From: an uncultured Candidatus Saccharibacteria bacterium
GTDB taxonomy: Bacteria; Patescibacteriota; Doudnabacteria; UBA920; O2-02-FULL-48-8
Direction of reading: 5' to 3'
NCBI GenBank assembly: GCA_964405805.1
Contig: CAYOPE010000001.1
Location: 4,898-68,897 of the forward strand
DNA: 64,000 nt
Of this stretch, positions 1 through 9,066 are shown one piece after another. How positions within the stretch are numbered: the first letter of the stretch is position 1; each line of letters opens with the position of its first letter. The translations under genes and the position numbers were made by a program. Under the pieces are notes generated by a model. The model saw nothing but the letters and a program-made list of their open reading frames with translations, was not told the origin of the DNA and searched no databases.

Positions 1-831
1 GAGCACAAAAAAATTCTCGGCATTGAAAACATTGATAAAGTTATAAATATTGATCAATCACCGATTGGCCGCACTCCGCGGTCCAACCCAGCGACTTACA
101 CTGGTGTCTTTACATATATCCGTGACCTGTTTGCCGCTACCCCGGAGGCGCGCATGCGCGGGTACAAGGCTGGCCGGTTTAGCTTTAATGTCAAAGGCGG
201 CAGATGTGAAGTTTGTGGCGGCGATGGTGTGATAAAAATCGAAATGCATTTTTTGCCAGACGTGTACGTGGCTTGTGAAGAATGTAAAGGCAAGCGCTAT
301 AACAAAGAAGCTCTCGATATCCACTACAAAGGCAAAAATATTTCTGAGGTTCTGGAGATGACAGTGGATGAAGCGCATGTTTTCTTCCGCGCCGTACCCC
401 TCATTGCTCGCAAACTCGAAACACTTTCATTAGTTGGATTGGGTTATATGCACCTGGGTCAGCAGGCAACTACTCTCTCTGGCGGAGAAGCGCAGCGTAT
501 CAAGTTAGCAACTGAGCTTGCTCGTGCTTCCACTGGTCGCACACTCTATATTCTCGATGAACCAACAACTGGTTTGCATTTTGATGACGTAAAAAGATTG
601 ATGGGAGTTTTGTCGCGCTTGGTGGAGAAAGGAAACACAGTGCTAGTCATCGAACACAATCTCGATGTCATCAAGTCTGCGGACTGGGTAATTGACCTTG
701 GGCCTGAAGGTGGCAACAAAGGCGGCGAAGTGGTGGCAGTAGGCACTCCTGAGGAAGTAGCAAAGGTGAAGAGATCTTATACTGGTCAATATTTGGCTAA
801 GGTTTTAAAGTCATCAAAGATAAAAGCATAA
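1..831 (+). CDS. uvrA: Excinuclease ABC subunit A, C-terminal part (5' end outside window)
   Basis: Frame 1 is open from nt 1. Translation carries the UvrA C-terminal zinc finger (CEVCGGDGV...CEECKGKRY), ABC signature LSGGEAQR and Walker [11 protein letters not shown]. Confidence 0.9.
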   Translation, partial: EHKKILGIENIDKVINIDQSPIGRTPRSNPATYTGVFTYIRDLFAATPEARMRGYKAGRFSFNVKGGRCEVCGGDGVIKIEMHFLPDVYVACEECKGKRYNKEALDIHYKGKNISEVLEMTVDEAHVFFRAVPLIARKLETLSLVGLGYMHLGQQATTLSGGEAQRIKLATELARASTGRTLYILDEPTTGLHFDDVKRLMGVLSRLVEKGNTVLVIEHNLDVIKSADWVIDLGPEGGNKGGEVVAVGTPEEVAKVKRSYTGQYLAKVLKSSKIKA

Positions 832-840
832 TTTTCTGTT

Positions 841-868
841 GTCACTTTTTTGGCAGCAAAAAAGTGAC
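841..868 (+). terminator. Perfect 11-bp-stem hairpin just after the uvrA stop
   Basis: gtcactttttt-ggcagc-aaaaaagtgac palindrome 10 nt after the stop codon. Confidence 0.45.
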
Positions 869-1089
869 AGAAAAAACTGGCGACACGGCAAAAATTATCC
901 AGAATTCTTAGCTCGCTTGTTCTCACATGCGGTTCAGAAATTGCCTAATCGGCAATTTTTCACCGCCACTGCTCGCGTCGAATTCTGACAAAATTTTTGC
1001 AAGTGTCGCGAAGCTCGAAAACCATCTTTATTCAACATTGACAAATGAGCTCAATTTTGTCATTTTAATATGACCATTAACCGAACTTT

Positions 1090-2448
1090 GTGTTTGATTT
1101 AAGACCTCGGAAACCAAATCTAAAGTACTCAGACAAACTGGCGAAAACTTTGAAGCAGCCCGTAGTACCGGCTTTGAAAGAAGACGAAACAACAGAGGTT
1201 GTTCCAGTTGAGCGAGTCAACCAAACTCAGAAAATTGTTGCTGAGAGCAAATTTAAAACTGAATTAGAAAAAGGTGCAAGCCTTTCAATTGTCAATTTGG
1301 TTCAGAGCTTGATTGATCTGGCTTACAGTCTGCATGTTTCAGACATCCACATTGATCCAGAGCTGGATGCAGTGCGCACCAGGTTTCGTATCGATGGCGT
1401 GCTGCAGGATGCTTCCGTTCTTCCAAAAAATATTCATGCCGAAGTCATTAGTCGTATAAAAATTTTGGCAGGCTTGCGCACTGATGAGCATCAGGTCGCG
1501 CAGGATGGCAGATTTCATATTCAGCTGACTTCTGGCTCAGCTGATGTCCGCGTCTCGATTGCACCGACTTATTATGGTGAAAACGCTGTGTTGCGACTGC
1601 TTTCTGATTCAGCAGAAGAATTCACTTTAGAAAGTCTCGGATTTAGCATTCCGAATCAGACGAAGATCATCAATGCCATTCGCAAACCTTATGGCATGAT
1701 TCTGGCCACAGGCCCGACAGGTAGTGGTAAGACCACGACTCTCTATACTTTGGTCAAGATGCTGAATACAAAAGAGACCTCCATCATCACGGTGGAAGAT
1801 CCGATCGAGTATGCCATCTCTGGCATCAATCAGATAGGCGTGAATAACCGCACTGGTCTAACTTTTGCCAATGGCCTGCGCTCGATTTTGCGTCAGGATC
1901 CGAATATAATTATGGTAGGGGAAATTCGTGACGCGGAAACTGCGGGGATTGCGGTAAATACGGCGCTCACTGGCCACTTATTGCTCTCGACTTTGCATAC
2001 TAACGATGCAGCCACGACTTTGCCCAGACTCCTGGACATGAAAATCGAACCATACTTGATTGCCTCTACTGTAAATGTGGCAATCGGCCAGCGACTAGTG
2101 CGCAAAATTTGCGAGCACTGCAAGCTACGCAAAAAATTGACCACCACTGAATCGCGAAGCTTTGCCGAAGTCCTGCCCATGAAAAAATTTCCAGCCAATG
2201 TCATGGTTTATCAGGGCCAAGGCTGCGAAGAATGTAATTTTTCCGGCTACAGAGGACGAATCGGCATTCACGAAGTGCTGGTGGTGGACAATCCGATTCG
2301 TGAAGCAGTGCTACGTAAAGCTTCTTCTGCAGAACTACGCGATATCGCGATTAGTTCTGGTATGACGACTATGGTCGAGGATGGCTTGGAAAAAGTTTTT
2401 AAGGGTGTGACTACGATTGCCGAAATTTTAAGAATGCTTCATGAATAG
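1090..2448 (+). CDS. pilB: Type IV pilus assembly ATPase (PilB/GspE family)
   Basis: Walker A GPTGSGKTTT, GspE-type Asp/His boxes and a C-terminal tetracysteine CEHC...CEEC. First gene of the pilus operon. Confidence 0.9.
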   Translation: MFDLRPRKPNLKYSDKLAKTLKQPVVPALKEDETTEVVPVERVNQTQKIVAESKFKTELEKGASLSIVNLVQSLIDLAYSLHVSDIHIDPELDAVRTRFRIDGVLQDASVLPKNIHAEVISRIKILAGLRTDEHQVAQDGRFHIQLTSGSADVRVSIAPTYYGENAVLRLLSDSAEEFTLESLGFSIPNQTKIINAIRKPYGMILATGPTGSGKTTTLYTLVKMLNTKETSIITVEDPIEYAISGINQIGVNNRTGLTFANGLRSILRQDPNIIMVGEIRDAETAGIAVNTALTGHLLLSTLHTNDAATTLPRLLDMKIEPYLIASTVNVAIGQRLVRKICEHCKLRKKLTTTESRSFAEVLPMKKFPANVMVYQGQGCEECNFSGYRGRIGIHEVLVVDNPIREAVLRKASSAELRDIAISSGMTTMVEDGLEKVFKGVTTIAEILRMLHE

Positions 2449-3487
2449 AATTACGCTGAAAGATCAGATAATTTTTGTTAAGCGCTTAGCTTTGATTGTC
2501 CGATCCGGAACCCCGCTCCTGCAAGGCTTGCAAATGCTCAACAGTCAAGCCGGCTCGAAAAAAATGGGCAAAATTTTGCCGCAAGTAATATATGATGTGG
2601 AGCATGGACAATATTTGGCAGTTGCGTTGGGCAGATTTAGAAAAATTTTCGGTGAATTTGCTATTAACATCATTGAAATCGGTGAAGTTTCAGGGACACT
2701 GCCGGAAAATCTGGATTATCTGGCAGAAGAACTCAAAAAGAAACAAACTTTGCGCCGCAAAGTCATCGGCGCTATGGTTTATCCGGTATTCATGGTCATT
2801 TCGACTTTTGGCGTCACGATTTTATTGACGATTTATTTGTTTCCGAAAATTTTACCAATTTTTAAGAGTGTGAATTTCAGTTTGCCCATTACTACACGTC
2901 TCCTGATTTTTATCAGCACCCTACTGATCAATCACGGCACGCTTTTTTTGATTCTGGCCATGCTTTTAGTCATCGTTTTTCTGCTGCTCATGAGAATTCC
3001 GCCTGTGAAATATTTGTATCAGAGAATTATGCTTTCTGTACCAGTGCTCGGTAACCTCGTTCAGACTTATAACCTGGCCAATATTTGTCGCACCCTCGGT
3101 CTGCTGCTAAAAAGTAATGTCGCGATCGTGCGCACGACCAAAATTACTTCACGCACGACCAATAATTTGGTTTATCAAACTCATTTGGGCGAGATAGCGG
3201 AGACACTTACTAAAGGCGGCCAGATTTCTGACTATATTCAAATGCATACACAGGTATTTCCGACGATTCTCACGCAAATGGTGACTATTGGTGAGCGCAC
3301 AGGAAACCTCAGTCACACTTTTTTGTACCTGGCCGACATGTATGAAGCTGAAGTGGATGAAACCACGAAAAATTTGTCCACGATTTTAGAGCCTATACTT
3401 CTGGTCCTCATGGGACTTATGGTAGGCTTTGTGGCGATTTCTATAATTACACCGATTTATGGCCTCACGCAGAGACTACACCCGTAA
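2441..3487 (+). CDS. pilC: Type IV pilus inner-membrane platform protein (PilC/GspF family)
   Basis: Two GspF-like repeats with TM segments. 8-nt overlap with the pilB stop. Confidence 0.85.
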   Translation: MNRITLKDQIIFVKRLALIVRSGTPLLQGLQMLNSQAGSKKMGKILPQVIYDVEHGQYLAVALGRFRKIFGEFAINIIEIGEVSGTLPENLDYLAEELKKKQTLRRKVIGAMVYPVFMVISTFGVTILLTIYLFPKILPIFKSVNFSLPITTRLLIFISTLLINHGTLFLILAMLLVIVFLLLMRIPPVKYLYQRIMLSVPVLGNLVQTYNLANICRTLGLLLKSNVAIVRTTKITSRTTNNLVYQTHLGEIAETLTKGGQISDYIQMHTQVFPTILTQMVTIGERTGNLSHTFLYLADMYEAEVDETTKNLSTILEPILLVLMGLMVGFVAISIITPIYGLTQRLHP

Positions 3488-3953
3488 AAATGCAAATGGA
3501 TTCACATTAGTTGAAGTCCTGATTAGCATAGGAATTTTGGGTTTGATTGCCGGTCTCGGTCTTTTTATTAGTTTTGATGTGTATCGACATGGCACTTTCC
3601 ACTCTGAACAAGGCGAGATTGTCAGCATTTTACAAAAAGCCAGAAGTCAGTCCATAAATAATATTGATCAAGTAAGACACGGGGTGCATTTTCAATCCAA
3701 TCCTTTAACTTACATTTTATTTGAATGCCCGTCAGGCACTCCACAATGCTCAAGCTATACTGCAAGTAGTTCAGATGTCTCTGTGACTGCTTCCAATAAC
3801 GTTTCTGTCACCAGTACTTTGCCCATGGATATAATTTTTTCGCAGCTAAGTGGGGATTGTATCAGCTGCGTGAGCGCGCAAACCCTAACTGTGAACAATG
3901 GGCCGAGCACCAACAGCATTACTATTAACAGCGAAGGGCGGATTGATGATTAG
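3459..3953 (+). CDS. Prepilin-type N-terminal cleavage/methylation domain protein (minor pilin-like)
   Basis: N-terminus ...KNANG|FTLVEVLISIGILGLIAG has the class III signal peptide motif G-FTLxE. Overlaps the pilC 3' end; leader is unusually long (14 aa). Confidence 0.6.
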   Translation: MASRRDYTRKNANGFTLVEVLISIGILGLIAGLGLFISFDVYRHGTFHSEQGEIVSILQKARSQSINNIDQVRHGVHFQSNPLTYILFECPSGTPQCSSYTASSSDVSVTASNNVSVTSTLPMDIIFSQLSGDCISCVSAQTLTVNNGPSTNSITINSEGRIDD

Positions 3954-5388
3954 AAATTCTGAAGACGGTGTGGCGACACTAGAAATTTTGATTGCTATGA
4001 CTATCATCATCTTGGCTGTGTCAGCCGTGATCGTCGTAGTGTTTAGTGGTCAGTCGTTTTCTGTTGACTCGCAAACTGATCAAGACGCACTCTATAAAAA
4101 CCAAACTTTACTTGAGACCGCGCGAGCCAATGCTTCAAAATCAGTGAGTTTAGTTTCTAGTCAAACTATTTCTGATCCGTTTTATTCTGGCAATCTTTCT
4201 GCTTCGGATCTAAATGTGGACGTGAGCAAACTGGTGAGCACAGCGCTGAACTGGCATACAGATGTCAGGACCCAGGCCATGGCTTCGGAGACAATTGTGG
4301 TGGATCTGAAAGCGGCACTGGGCAGCAGTGGCTGTAGTAATACGGTATCATCTGGCTGGTCCAATCCTACAATTTTAAATCCTTCGCATACGATTGATAT
4401 TGATCCGGATACATTGACGGGTATGACCTATGCTAACAATGTCGTTTATATTACCGGCAATCATTCTTCTGCGAGCAAGGACGATTTTTATACAGTAGAT
4501 GCATCTGATCCAACTTGGCCGAAGCTATATCCGAACGGACATCTAAACACGGGTCCTGGATTGGCAGCGGTCGTGGTTGCTGGGCATTACGCTTATGTAG
4601 CGAATACGAGCACCACAGCCCAGCTGCAGGTGATAGACGTCACAGATCCAGCTAATCCAGTTTATCTGTCCAGTGCCAACAGACAAGTTGCCAGTACGCA
4701 TTCGAGTGTGGGCAATTCTATTTATTATTACAAAAATACCGTGTATTTAGGGCTCACAGCCCATGGCTCAGAACCGCAGTTTGCGATTTTTGACGTAACG
4801 ACTCCGACGAATCCCATAGCAAAAGGAACATATAACCAAATCGGTCATGATGTAAATTCGATCCGAGTTAAAGACGATTACGCTTATGTTGCCAGCCCAG
4901 CTAATGAGAATATGACAATTTTAAATATTAGCAATCCGAATAGTCCGACCAGGGTCGGTGGTTTTACTCCGACGGCGCTGCCAGACAGTAATGGTGTCGG
5001 TTCAAATTACGGCGAGAGTCTATTTGTGACTGGTAACACAGCGTACCTCGGCAGAACTTATGGCACGAATGAATTTTATGTACTCAATGTAAGTACTCCA
5101 GGAAATGTTTCGGTTTCCAATAGCGCTGACTTTGGAAGCGGGAATCAAACCAGTATTAACGGAGTTATCGTTAGATCGAATTTGGTATTTACTACTACCA
5201 ATTCTGTGTTTCAAGTGCGTCAGCTATCGAATCTTAGTAGCGTATTTGGCTCTTTGACATTATCAAGCACTTCTCCTACAGGTGATTTTAATTGTAATGG
5301 TAATGTTCTGTATGTGGGAGTGCTCGGACCGAGTGGTACAAGCGGCCATGATGTCCTAAAAATTATCGGTCCAGGAGCAGGCCCATGA
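3946..5388 (+). CDS. Large pilin-like protein with LVIVD-type beta-propeller repeats (putative pilus-associated adhesin)
   Basis: Start MIRNSEDGVATLEILIAMTIIIL... is pseudopilin-like (GxxTLEI + hydrophobic helix). Body holds >=5 repeats of YAYVA(N/S)...L.V.DV(S/T).P..P (LVIVD repeat pattern). ATG overlaps the previous stop. Confidence 0.65.
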   Translation: MIRNSEDGVATLEILIAMTIIILAVSAVIVVVFSGQSFSVDSQTDQDALYKNQTLLETARANASKSVSLVSSQTISDPFYSGNLSASDLNVDVSKLVSTALNWHTDVRTQAMASETIVVDLKAALGSSGCSNTVSSGWSNPTILNPSHTIDIDPDTLTGMTYANNVVYITGNHSSASKDDFYTVDASDPTWPKLYPNGHLNTGPGLAAVVVAGHYAYVANTSTTAQLQVIDVTDPANPVYLSSANRQVASTHSSVGNSIYYYKNTVYLGLTAHGSEPQFAIFDVTTPTNPIAKGTYNQIGHDVNSIRVKDDYAYVASPANENMTILNISNPNSPTRVGGFTPTALPDSNGVGSNYGESLFVTGNTAYLGRTYGTNEFYVLNVSTPGNVSVSNSADFGSGNQTSINGVIVRSNLVFTTTNSVFQVRQLSNLSSVFGSLTLSSTSPTGDFNCNGNVLYVGVLGPSGTSGHDVLKIIGPGAGP

Positions 5389-5879
5389 TTGATCAAAGAA
5401 AACAACAAGGTTTTACATTACTAGAGACCGTGGTTTATCTCGGTTTGTTTGCCATAGTCATTGGCGGCGGTATGATTGCCACGTATGAGATCATTCAAAG
5501 TTCAGGCAAGGTGAGTAATCAGGCCATGGTATCAGAAGAGGCGAATTTTTTGCTGTCAAAAATTAATTGGGGGCTATCTGGCGCTACTGCCATTAGCATT
5601 CCATCTTCCACGACATTAGTAGCGACGAAAATCATCAATTCGATTTCCACGAATTTAACTTTTACTCTTTCTGGGAGCAATTTAACCCTGCAACGCGGCG
5701 CCAATACCGCTCAAATCCTAAATTCTAGTAATGTCACAGTGTCGAATTTAAATTTTACAAATATTCCAGCAAGTGGCGGCATTCCGCAAGGTGTTACTAT
5801 GAGTCTCACGATAACTTCGCGAGGATCTGGTGGCGTAGTTAGCCGCGATTTTTCTACTACTAAATATTTACGTCAATGA
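5385..5879 (+). CDS. Prepilin-type N-terminal domain protein (pseudopilin)
   Basis: MIDQRKQQG|FTLLETVVYLGLFAIVIGG; 4-nt overlap with the upstream gene. Confidence 0.6.
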   Translation: MIDQRKQQGFTLLETVVYLGLFAIVIGGGMIATYEIIQSSGKVSNQAMVSEEANFLLSKINWGLSGATAISIPSSTTLVATKIINSISTNLTFTLSGSNLTLQRGANTAQILNSSNVTVSNLNFTNIPASGGIPQGVTMSLTITSRGSGGVVSRDFSTTKYLRQ

Positions 5880-6262
5880 AACAAGAAGGATTTGTCGCAT
5901 TAATTTCTGCCATTGTGATTTCTGTCCTACTTTTAGCCATTACTTTTAGCGTGGGCTTTTCGTATTTCTTTGCGCGATTTAATGTCTTAGATTCTGAATC
6001 CAAACAGCGGAGTCTAGGCTTGGCAGAAGCGTGTCTGGACCAAGGCACTCTAGATCTAATAACTAACACTACTGTGACAAGCCCAGTCACAGTCGGCTCG
6101 GAGCAATGTACCATCGTCTCAGCTGTCTTGGCTAGCAACCAGAACACGGTTGTGGCTACAGCTGTAGTCAACCGCGCTTACACCACAGTAAAAATGGTTA
6201 GTAACGCGACCACTGCTGCGATTATTTCTTGGAAAGAATGTGAAAATACTAGTACTTGCTAA
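5876..6262 (+). CDS. Pilin-like small protein (hydrophobic N-terminal helix after a Gly)
   Basis: MKQEG|FVALISAIVISVLLLAITFS; translationally coupled within the pilus operon. Confidence 0.5.
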   Translation: MKQEGFVALISAIVISVLLLAITFSVGFSYFFARFNVLDSESKQRSLGLAEACLDQGTLDLITNTTVTSPVTVGSEQCTIVSAVLASNQNTVVATAVVNRAYTTVKMVSNATTAAIISWKECENTSTC

Positions 6263-6310
6263 GCGTGTCCAAAGCTGCTATAAATATAATCACTAATTAA
6301 TCAAGGATTT

Positions 6311-6799
6311 ATGTTTAAAAACTTTAAGAAATCCCAAAACGGGTTCACCCTGATTGAAATCTTGGTGGTCATGGGGATCATTGCTGTTTTGGCTGCAATT
6401 GTCGTAATTGCTATCAACCCAGCTAGACAGTTTGCGCAAGCCAGAAACACGCAGCGATCCAGTGATATCAATACCATATTGAATGCCATCGGACAAAACG
6501 TAGCAGACAATAAAGGTACGCTAACTTGCGCGAGTATTGTGACTGCCATACCAGTTTCTCCAACTGCAGCAAACGATATTGGTACTGGAGGAGTCGCAGA
6601 TGTAAACTTGAGCTGTCTTACGCCAACGTACATTGCTGGCGGAGTTCCTATGGATCCTTCAGGCGGAACCGCTGGAGACACTAAGTACACGATCCAGCAG
6701 GATACGGTAGCCAATGGTTCGAGATATATAGTATGTGCACCTAATTCGGCGGAAACTGCAATCGTTCCAACTCCAGCAGTCCTCTGTGTTACTCGTTAA
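6311..6799 (+). CDS. pilA: Type IV pilin (likely major pilin, PilA-like)
   Basis: MFKNFKKSQNG|FTLIEILVVMGIIAVLAAIVVIAINPARQ is a canonical type IVa pilin N-terminus. Last gene before a strong terminator. Confidence 0.75.
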   Translation: MFKNFKKSQNGFTLIEILVVMGIIAVLAAIVVIAINPARQFAQARNTQRSSDINTILNAIGQNVADNKGTLTCASIVTAIPVSPTAANDIGTGGVADVNLSCLTPTYIAGGVPMDPSGGTAGDTKYTIQQDTVANGSRYIVCAPNSAETAIVPTPAVLCVTR

Positions 6800-6810
6800 C
6801 CTGAATTCCC

Positions 6811-6841
6811 AAAACCGCCTTTACACAAGGGCGGTTTTTTG
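6811..6841 (+). terminator. Rho-independent terminator of the pilus operon
   Basis: aaaaccgcc-tttacacaa-gggcggtttttt. Confidence 0.7.
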
Positions 6842-6909
6842 TTAAACTTACTATTATGAAAATTTCGAAAGCCCAAAACAACTGGCACCGTAACCAACTC
6901 TGCTTTGTA

Positions 6910-6993
6910 GAGGTTGGTTAGATTTGTATTGATTTATATTTTACCAACCCCTGCAAAGCAGGGGTTTTTTCTTTGGTGAAAAAAGGAGGAACG
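6910..6993 (+). promoter_or_regulatory. Leader module A: GAGGTTGGTTAG box, CCCCTGC-loop-GCAGGGG hairpin + U-run, then AAGGAGGA RBS
   Basis: The same three-part layout recurs at 8232-8320 upstream of a different operon. TTGGTT-N16-TATATT could be a promoter; the hairpin 6948-6964 is followed by TTTTTT. Confidence 0.4.
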
Positions 6994-7752
6994 ATGACGA
7001 GAGCGCCGCGAAGATTTGTCGTACTGGGCGAGAATGATTGGCGAGGCCAGCCATCAGTTGCATATGGAGTCGTCAGACGACTGGCTTACGAGCAGCGTCG
7101 AGCGTCGCATGGATCTACTTATATAAGAGTATTTTTGTTTGACGTTGGTCGCAGAGGTGATCCTTGGGGAGGGCTAGGGCTTGAGGTCAATGGTCAGGTA
7201 TATCGATTTGGCGCAGGAGTAAATCGTTGGCCTGAATATCACAATGGATACGGCGAGCTGACAGAAGTAGGAAAGATGGCTTTAGCTAGTGGAGTCCCGG
7301 GATTTCTCAAAATGGGTTGCGACTGGCGATGGGTGCAGGATGAGCTTGATCTTACGCACCTGTTTACCCAAGGTCAAATAAATCAAGTCGCACTGAACTA
7401 TGCTGATTTGATGAATGAACTTCTACCGACTCCACGTTTTCAGGCCTGGATTTGGTCTAAGCGACTGGGCACAGAGCTTCTGCCGGGTCACTACAACTGC
7501 ACGACTTTCATTCTAGATCAGTTCCGGAAAGTGGGTAGACCGTTGTCGCAACAGAAAACTCCGCTACCGGCATTTGATGCCCTTCTTCAGTTGAGTAAGG
7601 ACCAGGATCAGGACTTACACGCTTTACTCGCAAAGCAAGAGTCTGAGTTAATGGCCTCGCTATTAGTTTTCGATCCTTACTTAGACTGGGGATTGATTGC
7701 CAAGTTCCAATTAGCCTTACCCCGCAACCTAAGTTTGTCGAGTTTGGTTTAG
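6994..7752 (+). CDS. Hypothetical protein (higher GC than backbone)
   Basis: ATG at 6994 follows RBS AAGGAGGA. 253-aa ORF with ~50% GC; no family recognised. Confidence 0.6.
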   Translation: MTRAPRRFVVLGENDWRGQPSVAYGVVRRLAYEQRRASHGSTYIRVFLFDVGRRGDPWGGLGLEVNGQVYRFGAGVNRWPEYHNGYGELTEVGKMALASGVPGFLKMGCDWRWVQDELDLTHLFTQGQINQVALNYADLMNELLPTPRFQAWIWSKRLGTELLPGHYNCTTFILDQFRKVGRPLSQQKTPLPAFDALLQLSKDQDQDLHALLAKQESELMASLLVFDPYLDWGLIAKFQLALPRNLSLSSLV

Positions 7753-7755
7753 ACT

Positions 7756-7788
7756 CAGGACCAAGATACAAAATCTTGGTCCTTTTTA
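7756..7788 (+). terminator. Rho-independent terminator
   Basis: caggaccaagat-acaaa-atcttggtcct-ttttt. Confidence 0.65.
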
Positions 7789-7793
7789 TAGCC

Positions 7794-7838
7794 TTGACAC
7801 AACAAGGAATATAGTATATCATGCTAGCACGTTAGCAT
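7794..7838 (+). promoter_or_regulatory. Putative sigma70-type promoter (TTGACA-N17-TATCAT) overlapped by CTAG-core palindrome CATGCTAGCACGTTAGCAT
   Basis: Seen directly upstream of the yerC-like gene. The palindrome has 6-bp arms ATGCTA/TAGCAT and a GCTAGC core, similar to the CTAG-containing TrpR operator. Confidence 0.5.
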
Positions 7839-7865
7839 AAGGCCCTTAAAACCCCAGTAAACCCT

Positions 7866-8159
7866 ATGGAATCGAGTAAATGGCAAAATCAGGATACGAC
7901 CAAGCTGTTTGAGGCTGTTTTAAAGCTTCGGACAGTGGACGAGTGCGAGGATTTATTTCGCGATCTGCTGACCTTGGCTGAGATTCGGGAGATGAGCATG
8001 AGGTTTAAAGTAGCTCGGATGCTGGATAAAGGAAACAAGTCATATCTTACTATTGCGAAAGAAGCCAAAATTACTACTGCGACCATTACCCGTATCGCTC
8101 ATTGGTTTAGGCACGGGATGGGAGGGTATAAGTTAGTTATCGATCGTTTAAAAAATTAA
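7866..8159 (+). CDS. yerC: TrpR-like DNA-binding protein, YerC/YecD family
   Basis: LFEAVLKLRTVDECEDLFRDLLTLAEIREMSMRFKVARML...SYLTIAKEAKITTATITRIAHW matches the YerC/YecD TrpR-related HTH family. Confidence 0.8.
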   Translation: MESSKWQNQDTTKLFEAVLKLRTVDECEDLFRDLLTLAEIREMSMRFKVARMLDKGNKSYLTIAKEAKITTATITRIAHWFRHGMGGYKLVIDRLKN

Positions 8160-8178
8160 TTATTTTGATTTATATTAC

Positions 8179-8190
8179 CATGCTAGCATG
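8179..8190. promoter_or_regulatory. Perfect 12-bp palindrome CATGCTAGCATG (second copy of the yerC-associated operator-like site)
   Basis: Shares CATGCTAGCA with the site at 7820-7830. Lies between the yerC stop and the downstream leader module B. Confidence 0.45.
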
Positions 8191-8231
8191 TTATAACAGA
8201 CAATTAGTGAATCATACCAGCCCCTCACTTG

Positions 8232-8320
8232 GAGAGGTTGGTTAGGTATGCTTTTGAATTAAAAGTCTTCCTCATCAGCCCCTGCAAGCAAGCAGGGGTT
8301 TTTCGTTGAAGGAGGAGAGC
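8232..8320 (+). promoter_or_regulatory. Leader module B: GAGAGGTTGGTTAG box, CCCCTGCAAGCAAGCAGGGG hairpin + U-run, GAAGGAGGAG RBS
   Basis: Same architecture as module A (6910-6993). Confidence 0.4.
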
Positions 8321-8506
8321 ATGTTCCAAATGCATGATGGGGGGACAGACGTTGATCCGAAAAAGTACCGAAAGGAAGAATACAGAAATCCGAAGAAACC
8401 GGTAAAAGAATGGCCGGACCATTGGACCCAAGAACAAGAGGATTTTGCTTGGTCTCCTTGTGACTGGGATTCTGATCCTGACGATGGCGAACCAAATGCG
8501 CATTAG
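8321..8506 (+). CDS. Small acidic hypothetical protein
   Basis: ATG 8 nt after GGAGGAG. 61 aa, Asp/Glu/Trp-rich. First ORF of a three-gene GC-rich operon. Confidence 0.4.
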   Translation: MFQMHDGGTDVDPKKYRKEEYRNPKKPVKEWPDHWTQEQEDFAWSPCDWDSDPDDGEPNAH

Positions 8507-8517
8507 GAGGAGGGAGA

Positions 8518-9057
8518 ATGAAAGCGATTGGGTTACCTGAAGGCGGTGGACATGGCAAGGTCCGTGGAAATTTCGTTGTTTATCACAACATCGAAGGCCT
8601 AATCGAAGATCTGTTGCCGGTTTATCTGAAGGATATTTTTCGAAAGAAATATCCAAAACCAAACTGGCGCGGGTTTCAAGAAGCCGAAAAACGTCGAATC
8701 AATCAGAAGGCCAAGGAAATAATCTCAGGTCTTGTCTCCATCAGTTGGCCGTTTAACCATTGGAGCACTGGTGAGCGACAGTTGCCTGACATAAAAATTC
8801 AACTGCCGGGCAAAGGCCTAGCTTCCTTGGAGCGATCCATTCGCATGGCCGTTCGACAAACTCGACGCCGAGAATGGCAGGAAGAAAGTGCAAGATATCG
8901 GCGTTGGGCCAAAGATTTACCTGGTGAGCTACGGCGCATTAGAAAGGAGTACCAAGCGGAATTGTCAGCAATCCGCAAAGAAGGTCAAGTGAAGTTGTCA
9001 ATCCAGGTTCCGTACGTAGGTCCTGCAACTCATTCAGATTGGTACAGTCGACACTAG
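8518..9057 (+). CDS. Hypothetical protein with Arg-rich C-terminal helix
   Basis: RBS GGAGGAGGGAG precedes ATG. 179 aa, no recognisable family. Confidence 0.55.
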   Translation: MKAIGLPEGGGHGKVRGNFVVYHNIEGLIEDLLPVYLKDIFRKKYPKPNWRGFQEAEKRRINQKAKEIISGLVSISWPFNHWSTGERQLPDIKIQLPGKGLASLERSIRMAVRQTRRREWQEESARYRRWAKDLPGELRRIRKEYQAELSAIRKEGQVKLSIQVPYVGPATHSDWYSRH

Positions 9058-9066
9058 GAGGTAGCG

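Noticed and set aside
6910-6993. Calling leader module A/B a known riboswitch class
   Set aside because: No match to any riboswitch consensus I can recall. The hairpin also recurs as a plain terminator at the TonB stop, so it is reported only as a repeated leader architecture.
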